Part shown: in pieces, positions 24,521 through 44,323 of the stretch
Layout of the letters: the number at the start of each line of letters is the position of its first letter
Position numbering within the stretch: position 1 is the first letter of the stretch
Assembly (NCBI GenBank): GCA_951406725.2
Contig: OX597835.1
Coordinates: forward strand, 1,240,001 to 1,304,000
Source: Octopus vulgaris
Lineage: Eukaryota
Length of the DNA stretch: 64,000 nt
Direction: 5' to 3'
Translations under genes and position numbers: made by a program
Notes under the pieces: model-generated
The model's database searches: none
Told to the model about the DNA's origin: nothing
The model's input: only the letters and a program-made list of their open reading frames with translations

Positions 24521-27500
24521 ATGGGCATCTTTCTCTTTCTGTCTACCAAATCCACTCACAAGGCTTTGGTTAGCCCAAGGCTATAGCAGAAGACACTTGG
24601 CCAAGGTGCCACGCAGTGAGACTGAACCCATAACCATGGGGTTGGTAAGCAAACACCTTACCACGCAGCCACTCCTGCACCCGTAGAATGTCTCCATACT
24701 GTAAATGTAAAAGAAAAATACAGGCCTTAAGTGATCAGCAAAATCTATTTGTTGCCCACTAAGTCACTAATATCTTGGTAAAGTATATGAAAGTATACAA
24801 AGTCTAGTGAATGTATTTGATAGATGGAAACTGAAAGAAGCCCATCGTGTATATATATATATGTGTGTGTATGCATGTATGTATGTATATATATTATCCT
24901 TTTATTTGTTTGTCATTTGACTGTGGCCATGCTTGGGCACCGCCTTTACATATATATATATATTTTTTTAAGTGTATAATTATAAAAATATAATCATGAT
25001 CAAGGGTGCAGGAATGCCAGCACCTATATGCTAGAAGTAGATGTCAAATACCTACAATCCAATCTAAATTTCTTCTCTATTTATAATCCCAAGTCAAATG
25101 CAAGAAGATTTACAAAATTTCAGATAATCCTATATCTTAAGATTTCATGCTCTATAATAAAGATTACTTTGCAATCCTCATTAGAAATACACCAACAAAT
25201 ATATAAGTGAAAAATTCCTATACATACCGATAAATCTATTTGTACAGATACCAAAATATACATGCATTTCCCACATGTCCATTCCATCCACCAACCCATC
25301 TTGACCATGTGGTTAATGTCAGAAATCATGAGGTAAATATAGTTTTGCAACATAATATTGTGACTAGAGAACTCAAAAATTATTTATTGTTATAAATTGA
25401 GGATATAATCATTAAAATGATTATATCAGTGGCTACCATGTAAGAAATGACCATATCGGTAAAATTAATTTTTAAGTATCATCATCATCATCGTTTAAAT
25501 TCCGCTTTCCATGCTGGCATGGGTTGGACGATTTGACTGAGGACTGGCGAACCAGATGGCTGCACGAGGCTCCAATCTTGATCTGGCAGAGTTTCTACAG
25601 CTGGATGCCCTTCCTAACGCTAACCATTCCGAGAGTGTAGTGGGTGCTTTTACGTGCCACCGGCACAAGGGCCAGTCAGGCGGTACTGGCAACAGCCACG
25701 CTTAAATGGTGTTTTTTTACGTGCCACCTGCAAAGGAGCCAGTCCAGCGACACTGGCAACGACCTCACTCAAATGTTTTTTTCACATGCCACCAGTACAA
25801 GTGCCAGTAAGGCAACGCTGGTAACGATCATGCTTGAATGTTGCTTTTTACATGCCACCAGCATGGAAGCCAGTTAGTCGCTCTGGCAACGATCATGCTC
25901 GGATGGTGCTCTTAGCGATCCACTAGCACGGATGCCAGTCATCGAATTTGATAAGTATATAATTATAAAAGTATAATTATAATTAAGAGCACTGGAATGT
26001 CAGAGCCTATATGCCAGAAGCAGATGTAAAATACCTACAATCCAATCTAAATTTGTTCTCTCTTTATAACCCCAACTTTTATACATTAGTCACTGATATA
26101 GAATTATCCAAAATTTTGTGAATCTTCTTGCTTGTTACCTTACATTCAACCTGGGGTTATAAATAGAGAACAAATTTAAAGAGGATTGTAGGTATTTGAC
26201 ATCTATTTCTAGCGTATAGGCACTGGCATTTCAGCACCCTTAATTATATTTCTTTGATTATAAACTTAAAAATTAATTTTACCGATATGGTAATTTTCTT
26301 TATGCTAGCCACTGATGTAATCATTTTAATGATTAAATCCTCAATTTAAGGCGGCGAGCTGGCAGAAACATTAGCATCCAGGTGATAATGCTTAGCGGTA
26401 TGTCATCTGTCTTTATGTTCTGAGTTCAAATTCCGCCGAGGTCGACTTTGCCTTTTATCCTTTCGGGGTCAATAAATTAAGTACCAGTTGCGTACCGGGG
26501 TATTTCTAATCGAATGGACTCCTCCCCACAAATTTCAGGCCTTGTGCCTAGAATAGAAAAGATTATACCCTCAATTTATAAGTATATATATATACACACA
26601 CATATATATATATACTTTAAATGATTCATATGGAAGACAGGGTAACTAGAAGCTTTATTGGCACAACAAGCATTTCGGCTTCATTCTGCACTGCTCCCTT
26701 GTGGGTGTGGGATGATGTAATGACATCAGATGCAACGCACAGTGCAGTAAGCCTCATCAGGTGACATAACATGCTTCCAAATTTTCTAGGTTTACATTTT
26801 CTTTTTGCTCTAAGTTATCTGCTGGTGGTGAGTTGCTGGAAGTTCAGACACATTGAAGTGAAGAAGATGTGGTCAGGGAGAAAATAAAAAGATAAAAGCA
26901 CAAAGAATCTAAGGTAAATAAGGATGAGTTGTGTGTTTATAGTTGTGGCCAAGAAGTGATTGCGAAAAAATAAAAGTAAAATACAAAGAACCTAATGTAA
27001 ATGAAAGGGTATGTGAAGCGGGTGTCTATGGCATTGGATTGAACAGTTTTAGCATGTGGAGGCCTTTGATAGCTGGCTCTGGTAGCCAAGTGCAATGGCA
27101 TGGTCAAGAATTTGATGGGGGTAGGATTCAAGTCTTTAGACTTGGCGGCTGCCTACACCGACACACACGCACACACACAGATATATATACACATGTGTGC
27201 ATGCATGCATGTATACAAACATGCACACATGCGCTCACACACCCACACACATACACATATATATACATACTGGCACACAACTTTCATCCTATAAAACATG
27301 CAGCCGTGCTTATGTTGGCACACACATGTACATACTCGTGTACACACAGACAACTGGCACACACAATGCTGATGGTAACTGGTAACTAAATGATGAATAT
27401 GCTCTGCAGGCACATCACGACCTGGGACTTACCCTGAAACAAGGTTTGGGGACTGCAATTATATATTAGTTAATTTTAAGTTTAACCTATGTATAGAAAT

Positions 27501-29428
27501 ATATATATATTGGGCTGTCTGGAAAGTTTGTGCCAATTTATAGTAGCTTAACTTTAGACTTATTTTAGAACATGGTTGAGTCCACAAAATAGCATTTGAC
27601 TACACCTCCATTTAGAGCACAGTTTTAGCTATCTTTCCATGGAAGAAGGTTTATGTTCCTATAATCTGTGTTAATTCTGTAACCCTTTAAAATGGGAGGT
27701 AAGAAATTTCATTTTCGGCACTTGATGCTTTGGGAACCAGACAAAAATTGCTGAAGCTCGGCTGGGATGTGTTACCCCACCCTTCATATTCACCAGATAT
27801 TGCTCCTTCGGATTTCCATTTATTCAGGTCTCTGCAGAATAGTCTTAATGGTAAAAATTTCAATTCCTTGGATGACGTAAAAAGATACCTTGATGAATTC
27901 TTTGCCATGAAACCACCTCAATTCTGGGAAGAGGGTATTTTCAAGTTAAAGGAAAGATGGAGACGCATTGTGCAACAAAATGGTTCATATTTGGTTGTTT
28001 AAAAATGTATTTATTGACCTTTTTTTTTCCTTTAAAAATCGGCATGAACTTTCCGGACAACCCAATATTGTATTGTATTGGCATCCTTTCTGTCTCGGGA
28101 GACAATGGAGTTGCGCATGAAGTAGTCTAGTCCGGCTTTTATATTTCGTGTCCTGATACATTTCCTGCTGTGGCTGTGTAGTCCTATCCTGGACAAACAC
28201 TCCCTCTGGCAGGTACCGCAAATGTAGCGAAGACTGTTCCTGGAATCACTGGCCTGATACCATAATTTGGAACCAAGGCAGCCTCTGCTGGCAGAATCGT
28301 TAGCACACCAGACACAATGCTTTGCAGCATTTCATCCGTCTTTTCAATCTGAGTTCAAATTTTGTTGAGGTTGACTTTGCCTTTCAAACTTTCAGGATGG
28401 ATAAAATAAGTACCAGTTGAACACTGGGGTCGATGTAATTGACTAACCCCCAATCCTGCAAATTAGTAAGTAACTAAGAATATTCCAGAGAAAAATTTAA
28501 AATATTTAATAGAAAATGCACAAAGAAAAAAGATACAGTTCAGCTACTCGGGCCTTGCATTTATCAAGTTGTCTTGTAATATCTTGCAAACTGAAATAGA
28601 AGAAAGAAAGAATGGGGAAAAAATGAATCGTTCTTTTTTGGTAAGAAATTACAAGAATAATTGTGATTATAAACTGCCTTTGTTTTGATTAATTTTGAAA
28701 AGAATGAAGTATTTAGTAAAATAACTTTGTCATTATTTGTTGGTGTTGTCGGTGATGAGAGACAAGGCAAAAATGCACAGCAGCATTTTGTCCATTCTGA
28801 GTTGAAATTCCATTCAGTTTGACTTTACCTTTCATCCTTTTGACATCACTAAAATAAGTACGAGTTGAGCAGTGAATGGTCAATGAAATTCACTTATTTT
28901 CTCCCCCAGAATTACTGGCCTGGCACCAAAATCTGAAAGAGTAATTTATCTGGTGCTTGCAACATAAACTAACTTAAAATTTTAATGGAAGGTTTCAATT
29001 TAAATCACTTTGAAACAGAAAGTTTTTTATCATAAAACCAGGAATAGTTGCAGACAAGTTTGTATCAATAAAGTTTATGTGCCGCAATTTCAGATATGAC
29101 AGCAGAACTCATCATCAAATATTCTTCTCTCCTCATGTAGCAAAGAAGGAAATCTATGGTGTATGTAATCATAGGGGTTGGTTGATGGAAATAATCAGTA
29201 GAGAGTTGGCTAAAATGTCTTATAGTATCTTTGTCTGTTTGTGAATGTTTGTCACTCACCACCGCGAGACGAGTGTTAGCTTGTTTACATTCCTGCAACT
29301 TGGCGGTTCGGCAAAAAGAAACCGATAGAATAAGCATTAAGCTTTAAAAAATAAGTCTTAGGGTCGACTGTTCATCTAAAACACTTCGATTGGCTGAAAC
29401 AAGTAAAATATAAAAGATACACACACAA

Positions 29429-29514
<86 letters not shown>

Positions 29515-29643
29515 ATGTATCTATGTATTTGTGTGTGTATACATGTAAATGTGTGTGTGGCCAGATAACCGAAGAGATGGTGTTGTGGATTTCCACTTCG
29601 GCATCTGAAACTCAGAGTTTTATCTTGACTATTGAGTAATTGT

Positions 29644-29691
<48 letters not shown>

Positions 29692-30141
29692 TTCCATTGG
29701 GCAAATTTCCCTCAGAACATATTAGTCATCAGAAGGGGCTATGTTTAAAAAAATAAACTCGGGGTTACTGTCAAGTGGGATTGCAAATGGAACCACATGA
29801 TAGCAAATTGAATCCATATAATCATAGCACTCCTAGACACACAAAAATCGGTTTTTTACATTTCTGACTTCGAATCTTGCTGATGTTGAACTATATTTTT
29901 GTATCCTCAGATAATTTAGTGTTGACGTATTTAATTCATGGAGCATAAAATGGTTAACTAGAAATATATGGAAGAGGCTGAAAAAAATCGATGACTAAAC
30001 CTAGTCGATAAAATAATGGTGATTATAAGCAAATACACACTGTCTCTCTAGAATTGTCTCTTTCAGAGTCTTCTCGGGGACAGGCGGTGATACTTTGGGA
30101 GTGTTCGTCTTCTTTTTCTGCTTTTTCTTTTTCGGCGGCAT
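20100..30141 (-). CDS. CCDC166: Coiled-coil domain-containing protein 166-like (DUF4515 family), 7 exons, 304 aa
   Basis: Exons 30141-30041, 28590-28537, 24045-23991, 23249-23105, 21877-21798, 21508-21332 and 20402-20100 are all GT-AG, phase-compatible and total 915 nt. MPPKKKKQ...LQDITRQLDKCKARVAELQYENTSLEDEA...FLQKEQLKRIAELEKQIIEIR...EARKHLVQYAEMIKTENRSLRKQL parallels recalled vertebrate CCDC166. Confidence 0.85.
24520..24682 (-). mobile_element. tRNA-derived SINE, family 2; other copies at ~17410-17570, 18160-18545, 22850-23010, 34255-34410, 34960-35117, 38870-39015, 52430-52695, 55720-55880, 57830-57985, 62370-62460
   Basis: Recurring consensus GTGGCTGTGTGGTAAG...GGTTCAGTCCCACTG...GGCACCTTGGGCAAGTGTCTTCTACTATAGCC...GGATTTGGTAGACGGAAACTGAAAGAAGCCC. 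Confidence 0.85.
25391..26348. mobile_element. Foldback (inverted-repeat) element interrupted by a nested retroposon
   Basis: 25391-25479 plus 25953-26078 is the reverse complement of ~26145-26348. A further direct copy of the arm lies at ~24970-25135. Confidence 0.75.
25480..25952. mobile_element. Dispersed retroposon with a (CAT)n end; copies at ~60420-60760 and ~62962-63243 (inverted)
   Basis: CATCATCATCGTTTAA...CCATGCTGGCATGGGTTGGACG...CAGCTGGATGCCCTTCCTAACGC. Flanked on both sides by AAGTAT, a candidate target-site duplication. Confidence 0.8.
26660..26765 (-). ncRNA. Hammerhead-ribozyme motif with extended stem II (Penelope-like terminal repeat, partly decayed)
   Basis: Minus strand: GTCAC-CTGATGA-GGCTT-a-CTGCACTG...CAGTGCAG-aatg-AAGCC-GAAA-tgctt-GTT-GTGCC, immediately followed by AATAAA. 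Confidence 0.65.
27510..28065 (+). mobile_element. Internally deleted mariner transposon
   Basis: TIRs TTGGGCTGTCTGGAAAGTT and AACTTTCCGGACAACCCAA flanked by TA. Encodes WDVLPHPSYSPDIAPSDFHLFRSL (27730-28002). Confidence 0.92.
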
Positions 30142-30177
30142 TATTTCTCACAAAACGTATCTTTTCCACGCGTCACT

Positions 30178-30191
30178 GTTACCATAACAAC
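30178..30191. promoter_or_regulatory. RFX X-box-like motif upstream of CCDC166
   Basis: GTTACCATAACAAC, 37 bp upstream of the ATG and one mismatch from GTNRCC-AT-RGYAAC. Confidence 0.55.
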
Positions 30192-30287
30192 GACACTGGT
30201 TTGTTATTTTATCGACGCAGTTTCGAATCAAAGTCTTTTTAATCATTGACAGAAAAATAAAAAGAAAAACATTAAAAATAATAGTAG

Positions 30288-30334
<47 letters not shown>

Positions 30335-30795
30335 GCGAGGTATCAATTTAATAACATTGTCTAAAAGCTTGGGTTCTTTATATTAGAGAAGATATTAAAA
30401 TTAAATTATAGTTTCTTTTTTCGCTTCTTCATCTAATATTTTTTTTAATTACCTTTTTTTACAGCAATGTATATAGCAGAGTCCTTTTTGTAATCTATCT
30501 TTGAAAAGTAAATTGACAATGTTCAGATATTTTGGAATCTAATTTTGTTTTTTTTTTGCTGTGACAGAAGTCGACATTTATCGTCTGCTGCTAAAGAAGT
30601 TCATTTCGAAGGATTTTATTTATTTACACGCTAATAACAACAAAATATATTTTTTAAATGGGAAATGTTTTTGATATGAACATTTTAGACAATTATTAAT
30701 TTTTTTAGAAGTATTTAATTTATTTTATTAAGAATACGGTTGAAGTTTGTACGAAACGAAGAATTAGAAACCATGGCAGCTTTATTAGAAGCGAC

Positions 30796-38215
<7,420 letters not shown>

Positions 38216-38329
38216 CTTCAACTTTAGATTTATTTACAAAATCATTGTTGCATTAAAAAAACAAGATCAAATGTAAAAGCTTGTTTTCTAATCCTTAGAA
38301 GAATTTATGTCCACTATTAATTCTTTTGT

Positions 38330-38630
38330 GGGGGCGCAATGGCCCAGTGGTTAGGGCAGCGGACTTGCGGTCGGAGGATCGCAGTTTTGATTCCCAGACC
38401 GGGCATTGTGCGTGTTTATTGAGCAAAAACACCTAAAAGCTCCATGAGGCACCGGCAGGGGGGGTGGCAACCCCTGTTGTACTCTTTCGCCCCAACTTTC
38501 TCTCACTCTTTCTTCCTGTTTCTTGGGTAACGTTGCGATGGGCTGGCGTCCCGTCCAGCTGGGGGAAACACACACACCACGGAAACCGGGAAACTGGGCC
38601 CATGAGCCTGGCTAGACTTGAAAAGGGCAC
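38330..38630 (+). mobile_element. tRNA-derived SINE, family 3; second copy at ~40908-41195
   Basis: GGGGGCGCAATGGCCCAGTGGTTAGGGCAGCGGAC (A box) and GTTTTGATTCCC / GTTTCGATTCCC (B box), with a shared body GTGTTTATTGAGCAAAAACACCTAAAAGCTCC. Confidence 0.8.
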
Positions 38631-39033
38631 AAAGATAAAGAAAAAGATTAATTCTCTTACCTTTCACTTATTTCAGACATTGGATTGTGGCCATGCTAAG
38701 GAACCACCTCAAAAGATATAGTCAAACAAATTGACTCCAGAACTTAGCTATTTTTAAGGCCAATACTTATTCTATCGGTCTCTTTTGCTGAACCACTAAG
38801 CTACGGGGAGGTAAACAAACCAACACTGGTTGACAAATGGTGGTGAAGGAGAAACACAACACCAATAGGTGCAGGTGTGTTCATGTGGTAAGACACTCGT
38901 TTTCAAGCCACATGGTTCTGGATTCAGTCCCACAGTTGTTGGGCGTCTTCTATAGTCTTGGACCAACCAAAGCCTTGTAAGTGGATTTGGTTGACAGAAA
39001 CTAAAAGAAGCTTGTCGTGTATGAGTATATATA

Positions 39034-40218
39034 CAGTTGCGGCCAAAATGTTCAGAACGGCATTGTTTTCGTCAGAAAAGTAGGTTTAAGTTTTTATCAA
39101 AGTTGTTTTATATTCTATAATTTTCACAGACAATAAATACGATATTAATTATTATTGTCTGAGATTTTGGTGTAATTTGAGAGGATAATACAAAAGTTAT
39201 GGATGATTTAGTGATTTACTGCAAAACCCATGGCGGCCAAAATGATCAGAACGGTTGAAAAAAATAACAAAATAATCAAAAATGACAGAGAATACTGGAA
39301 TTATTTAATATTTAGTGTGAAGCTTCAATCACACTTTGACATCTTCGACTGCATGAGGAAATTAAATTTTTAATTTCTTGCTGGGTGATCTTATTCCATT
39401 CTTCCTGAAGGGCATTCTATAATTGCTTGGTTGTTTTAGGATTTCTGGCTTTCGAACGTTCTCCTAGAATATTCCACACATTTTCAATAGGATTGAGATC
39501 TGGGCTTTGAGCAGGCCAATCCATAACAATAATCTTTTCAGCCTTGAGAAAGTTCATGACCACCTTAGCCTTGTGACATGGGGCATTGTCCTGCATGAAT
39601 ATGGGTGGTCGCTTAGTTGAATTTCTCAGCCCAGGCAAGACATGATCTTTTACAAGTTGTTTATAAACTCCTGCATTTACCTTTCCATGTAATCGCACCA
39701 AAAGACCCACACCATCTCCATATACCATCCCCCAAACCATTACACTTCCACCACCGAATTTAACACTAGTCTTAAAGCATTTAGGTGACAATTTTTCACC
39801 TACTTTTCAACGAACGTATCTTTTCCCATCTGAGCCAAATAACATAAACTTAGATTCATCACGGAAATGCACCATTTGCCATTTTTCTTCAGACCACAAC
39901 ACGTTCGGTTGCAAAGGTAAGATGACACTTTTTATTCTTGGAGCTGATCAGTGGCTTCACTGCAGGTGCTCTTGCTTGTAGGTCATGTCCAACTAAACGA
40001 CGAGACACGATTTTTCGAAATAAAGTTTTCTTCAGTTCAATGCTCATTTCCCGAGAAACAGCATTATCCTCTCAAATCACACCAAAATCTCAGACAATAA
40101 CAATTAATATCGTATTTATTGTCTGTGAAAATTATAGAAACTAAAACAACTTTGATGAAAACTTAAACCTACTTTTCTGACAAAAACAATGCCGTTCTGA
40201 ACATTTTGGCCGCAACTG
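39034..40218 (-). mobile_element. Tc1-family DNA transposon with long TIRs and a defective DD34E transposase
   Basis: About 150-bp TIRs starting CAGTTGCGGCCAAAATGTTCAGAACGGC after TA. An internal direct repeat GCGGCCAAAATGATCAGAACGG at ~39233 gives an IR/DR-like end. Protein: VKFGGGSVMVWG...FMQDNAPCH...DWPAQSPDLNPIENVW. The 5' part is deleted and the frame is disrupted. Confidence 0.95.
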
Positions 40219-40257
40219 TGTGTGTGTGTGTATATGTATATATATATACATATATAT

Positions 40258-40467
40258 ATAGGAAAAAAGCAACAAGAATGGATCAACATTACGGTACAAT
40301 TGTTTCGTACGAAGACATCTTTAATAAGGCTACAAAAATTGCAGTAAATATAGGTGACTCGTACGAGTCACCTATATTTACTGCAATTTTTGTAGCCTTA
40401 TTAAAGATGTCTTCGTACGAAACAATTGTACCGTAATGTTGATCCATTCTTGTTGCTTTTTTCCTAT
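40258..40467. repeat. Perfect 210-bp palindrome with no spacer
   Basis: Centre CTCGT|ACGAG at 40362/40363. Arms complementary out to 40258 and 40467; the ORF track shows the same peptide on both strands. Confidence 0.97.
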
Positions 40468-40577
40468 TTATAATCACCCCACTTTGTCGTATGGTTAACA
40501 CCATATAGATTTCTGGTGCATCCAAGTTAAGTACCATATTCATGTGAATTCAACAGAACTCACTTGAATCTTAATTG

Positions 40578-40627
<50 letters not shown>

Positions 40628-43600
40628 TGTGTGTGTCTCTCCACCACCACCACATGACAAGTGTTGATGTGTTTTTGTCTCAGTGACTTAGCAGTTTGGC
40701 AAGAGATCAATAGAATATGTACCAGGCTTTAAAAAAAATGTAGTGGGGTTAATTCATTTAATTCAAGACAGTGCTCCAGCATTGCCACAGTCTAATGACT
40801 AAAACAGATTATTTAATATAGAAGCTACTGTAAGTTTCATACTGTGGAAACTAACAGCAGTTTGTTTAAATCCTGTCTATATCAAATGATGTTTATCTCT
40901 CACTGAATGGAGGTGCAATGGCCAAGTGGTTAGGGCAGCGGACTCACAGTTGTAGGATCGCGGTTTCGATTCCCAGACCGGGCGTTGTGAGTGTTTATTG
41001 GACAAAAACACCTAAAGCTCCACGAGGCTCCAGCAGGGGGTGGTGGTGATCCCTGCTGTATTCTTTCACCACAACTTTCTTCTGTTGTGTGTATTTATTG
41101 CTTAGCCAGCGGGGTGGCGTCATTTGAAGGCTAAGACAATGCGAAGCGCATTGTGACCAGCGATGTGTAGCAACATCTGATAGCCTGGTCGGTCATAGTG
41201 ATATATATATATATATACATACATACACATGACAGGCTCCTTTCTGTTTTTCTGTCTACCACATTCACTCAAAAGGCTTTGGTTGGCCCAGAGCTATAGA
41301 AGACATTCAGTGAGAATGAACCCAAGACCACATGGTTGAGAAGCAAGCTTCTTCAATTACACAACTATGCCTATGCTTCTTTGATAAAAAAAATATTGCT
41401 AAAGTTTAATCATGAATTAGAAATGTGATGCTCAGGTAGTTTAGAAGTTTGTTTCAGGTGAAGGCATGGTCATGTGATTAAGAAGTTCCTGCCTTGTCAA
41501 TACGGTTGACGTGAACTTGCCATGTCCTTGACGTTACAACCACTTTAGTGCTTATGCTACCCATGATTTAATGCATCCAGTACACTGTAAAGGCGGTTGG
41601 TGTTAGAGGGCATCCAGCTGAAGAAATTATACCAAAAACAGAACAGGCAAGTGAGAGTTGATTGTCTTAACCTTGCTTAAGAGAGAAGTAACTGAATAAG
41701 AACCAACTTGGATCATAAATCATCTCTGCATGGAAACTGGGTGAAAAAAAAAAAAGACATACGCACACCACACATATATTCTCCTGATATCAGGGGTCTC
41801 CCCTAGTTCAACAACTAATTTATTCCACAACTAAACTTGATATAGTTCTCCAGCTTGTCAGATCCTGTGGAATCATTCCAGCATGAAAAAATAGGTGTTA
41901 ATGATGCAAAAAAAAAAAAAAAAACTTTTCTGTTGAGATATATCAAGTTTATTGAGGCAACGTAACTTGCAGAAAACACCAGTTCTATTTTAGAAATAAC
42001 CACGAGTTCAAATTCCACTGAGGTGAACTTTGCCTTTCACCCCTTCTGGGTCAATGAAAATAAGTACCAGCTGAGTAATGGAGTTGGTATAATCGACTGG
42101 CCCCTCCCCCAAAATTTCTGCTGAAATAACAATGAAAGTTAATTTCTCAATGAAACGATTAAGCTGTGGAAGCTTGGCTTATAAACCCTAAAACCCTGTT
42201 ATTGAGGCAGTTTTTTGCTGGTCCTTAAAACACAATTTTTATATTCGCACAATATCAAGGGTTAAAATTTCAGAAGTCATCCATGTGTTCTTTTCAGTCT
42301 GCACCTCTCTTAAATATGTTTTATTTCATAACTAATAGAATAAAATTACTTGTCTGCCATGTGAGGACCAGAGACTTGAAGTGTTTCAGATGGAAAGACA
42401 GTGAGAGAAAATCATGTCATAGTAGAGAAATGTGTCCGCATGGATGGCCACGGGTAAATATTAGCTTCCTTGGAAACTGGTGAGGGTTGGTGACTGAAAA
42501 AGCATCCAGTTGAAAATCTTCCTCAATGACTTCCATCTCATTCATGCAAGCATGGTAAAAAGGATGTTGAAATGATGATGATGACGACGATCCCCCCCAA
42601 ATTATTCCATTAATTCTGCAATAATGTTCAAACCTGAACAATTCTAAAAACTAGTTTAAGTTTTTGATTTTGTCAATTTTTTCCCATTGGAAGATGGTCA
42701 GTGTTGGAAACAAATCATTAACAAAAGGGGTTAAAAGGTGAAAGAAAGTTAAATTCAAACAGTTGACAACATTCAAAAGATATCAGGCTTCCCAGGGTGG
42801 TTTATAATAAAACAGATAAAGTTACCATTAGAAAAGGAGAGGAATAAAACAACTAAAAGAAAATTTGATTCACATTAGAATACGTATATATTTATTTTTT
42901 GTTCCTGCATTTATGTCTTAAAGACACATTTTAAACAAAACATTAAAAAAAAAAAGCAATTTTTTTTTTAAACCACCTTTTACAGCATTTGCTATCAAGT
43001 TAACAGGACCAACAGCAAAAGAAAGTTGAGATTTTCAATGTTAACTCCTAATGACAGGTGTTCAAGCCCTCCATCAGGAACTGAATAATTTCCCTGTGTA
43101 ACCAATCTCTGATATTGTCTTGATAGGGTCCCCTCATAGTTAGTTTTGGAGGTAAATAGAAATGAATAAAATTGATAGGTTGATAATGTGAAAATTAAAA
43201 TTAAAATTCACCCTTTACAAATGAAACCGCAATTTACAGAGTGTGTGTGTGTGTGTTAAAACTGATTCCTTTTCTATCTTTAAAGGGCAAATATTGTTGA
43301 ACACATAATGAAAGCAATAACTAAGTTGATTCAATGACATCTGAAAATAAGGACTTGGATGAAAAACTGGCAACTTACATATAATCATCAAAATATAAAC
43401 ATTTATATATACACATACATACACACACACACGTGCTCATAAGATTTTTTTGCCATATTCAGTACTCAAAATAGTTCACATTGTATCCAATGCGATCAAG
43501 TTAAGCTACACTTCCAGCCCTAAACCATTTCTATTTAAATCTATCTAGACTAGTTATACAGATTGGCAGTTAAATATATGGTATTTGCTTCACAAGATGA

Positions 43601-44323
43601 TATTCAAATTCACTGAATTCCAGTCGACAATTTCAGTGGTAATATGAAACACGTGGATGATCGGAAAGCGCCGACACCATTGAAAGATTATCTGCTTTCT
43701 GTTGTTCCAAAGATTTATTCTTTACAAGTAAAAGGAATGAGTAAACCTGTTGTTCACATTGAGACAAGTTGAATCAACAGAAGTCCCGCTGCCAACCCAC
43801 TGACCTCCACTAATATTTATTCTCACTCCAACACGATTCTTTTCCCCTTAATACAATCCTAATTGGGTAACGAGCTATCAGACTTGGACTGCTGAATCAA
43901 ATTTCAAAAGTCCAGAAGGAAAGAGCAACAGGGCCAATAAATGGCTCAGGTATCATTTCTCACACCACAGCACCCGGGCAGCAATTTCCATACTGAAGGA
44001 ACAAAATTATTTTGTGATAATCAGAGAATCTTCAAGGAAATAAGCTTTCTATTATTTCCAAATAGATTGTTTACTTCACTTGATGCTATCCCCTACTTGA
44101 ACAAGAAGTGAAATGCAAATGAACCCCAGCCGAGTGACTCAAGTAGATAAATGCTATGAGTAAGTTTGGAACTTAAGAGCTTCCAAAATCATTTGGAACA
44201 GAGTTAAAAATTTATAGCAATATATATTGCAAGTAGACTTTAAGGTATCTGAAAATTTTCTTTCATATATTACATATGTGGTATGTGTTTTACAATTTTA
44301 TATATATATATTTATTTATATAT

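Noticed and set aside
38330-38402. tRNA gene
   Set aside because: A- and B-box head continues into a repeated SINE body also present at ~40908; I could not build a full cloverleaf.
40206-40543. Identical peptides on both strands as a bidirectional gene
   Set aside because: A consequence of the DNA palindrome.
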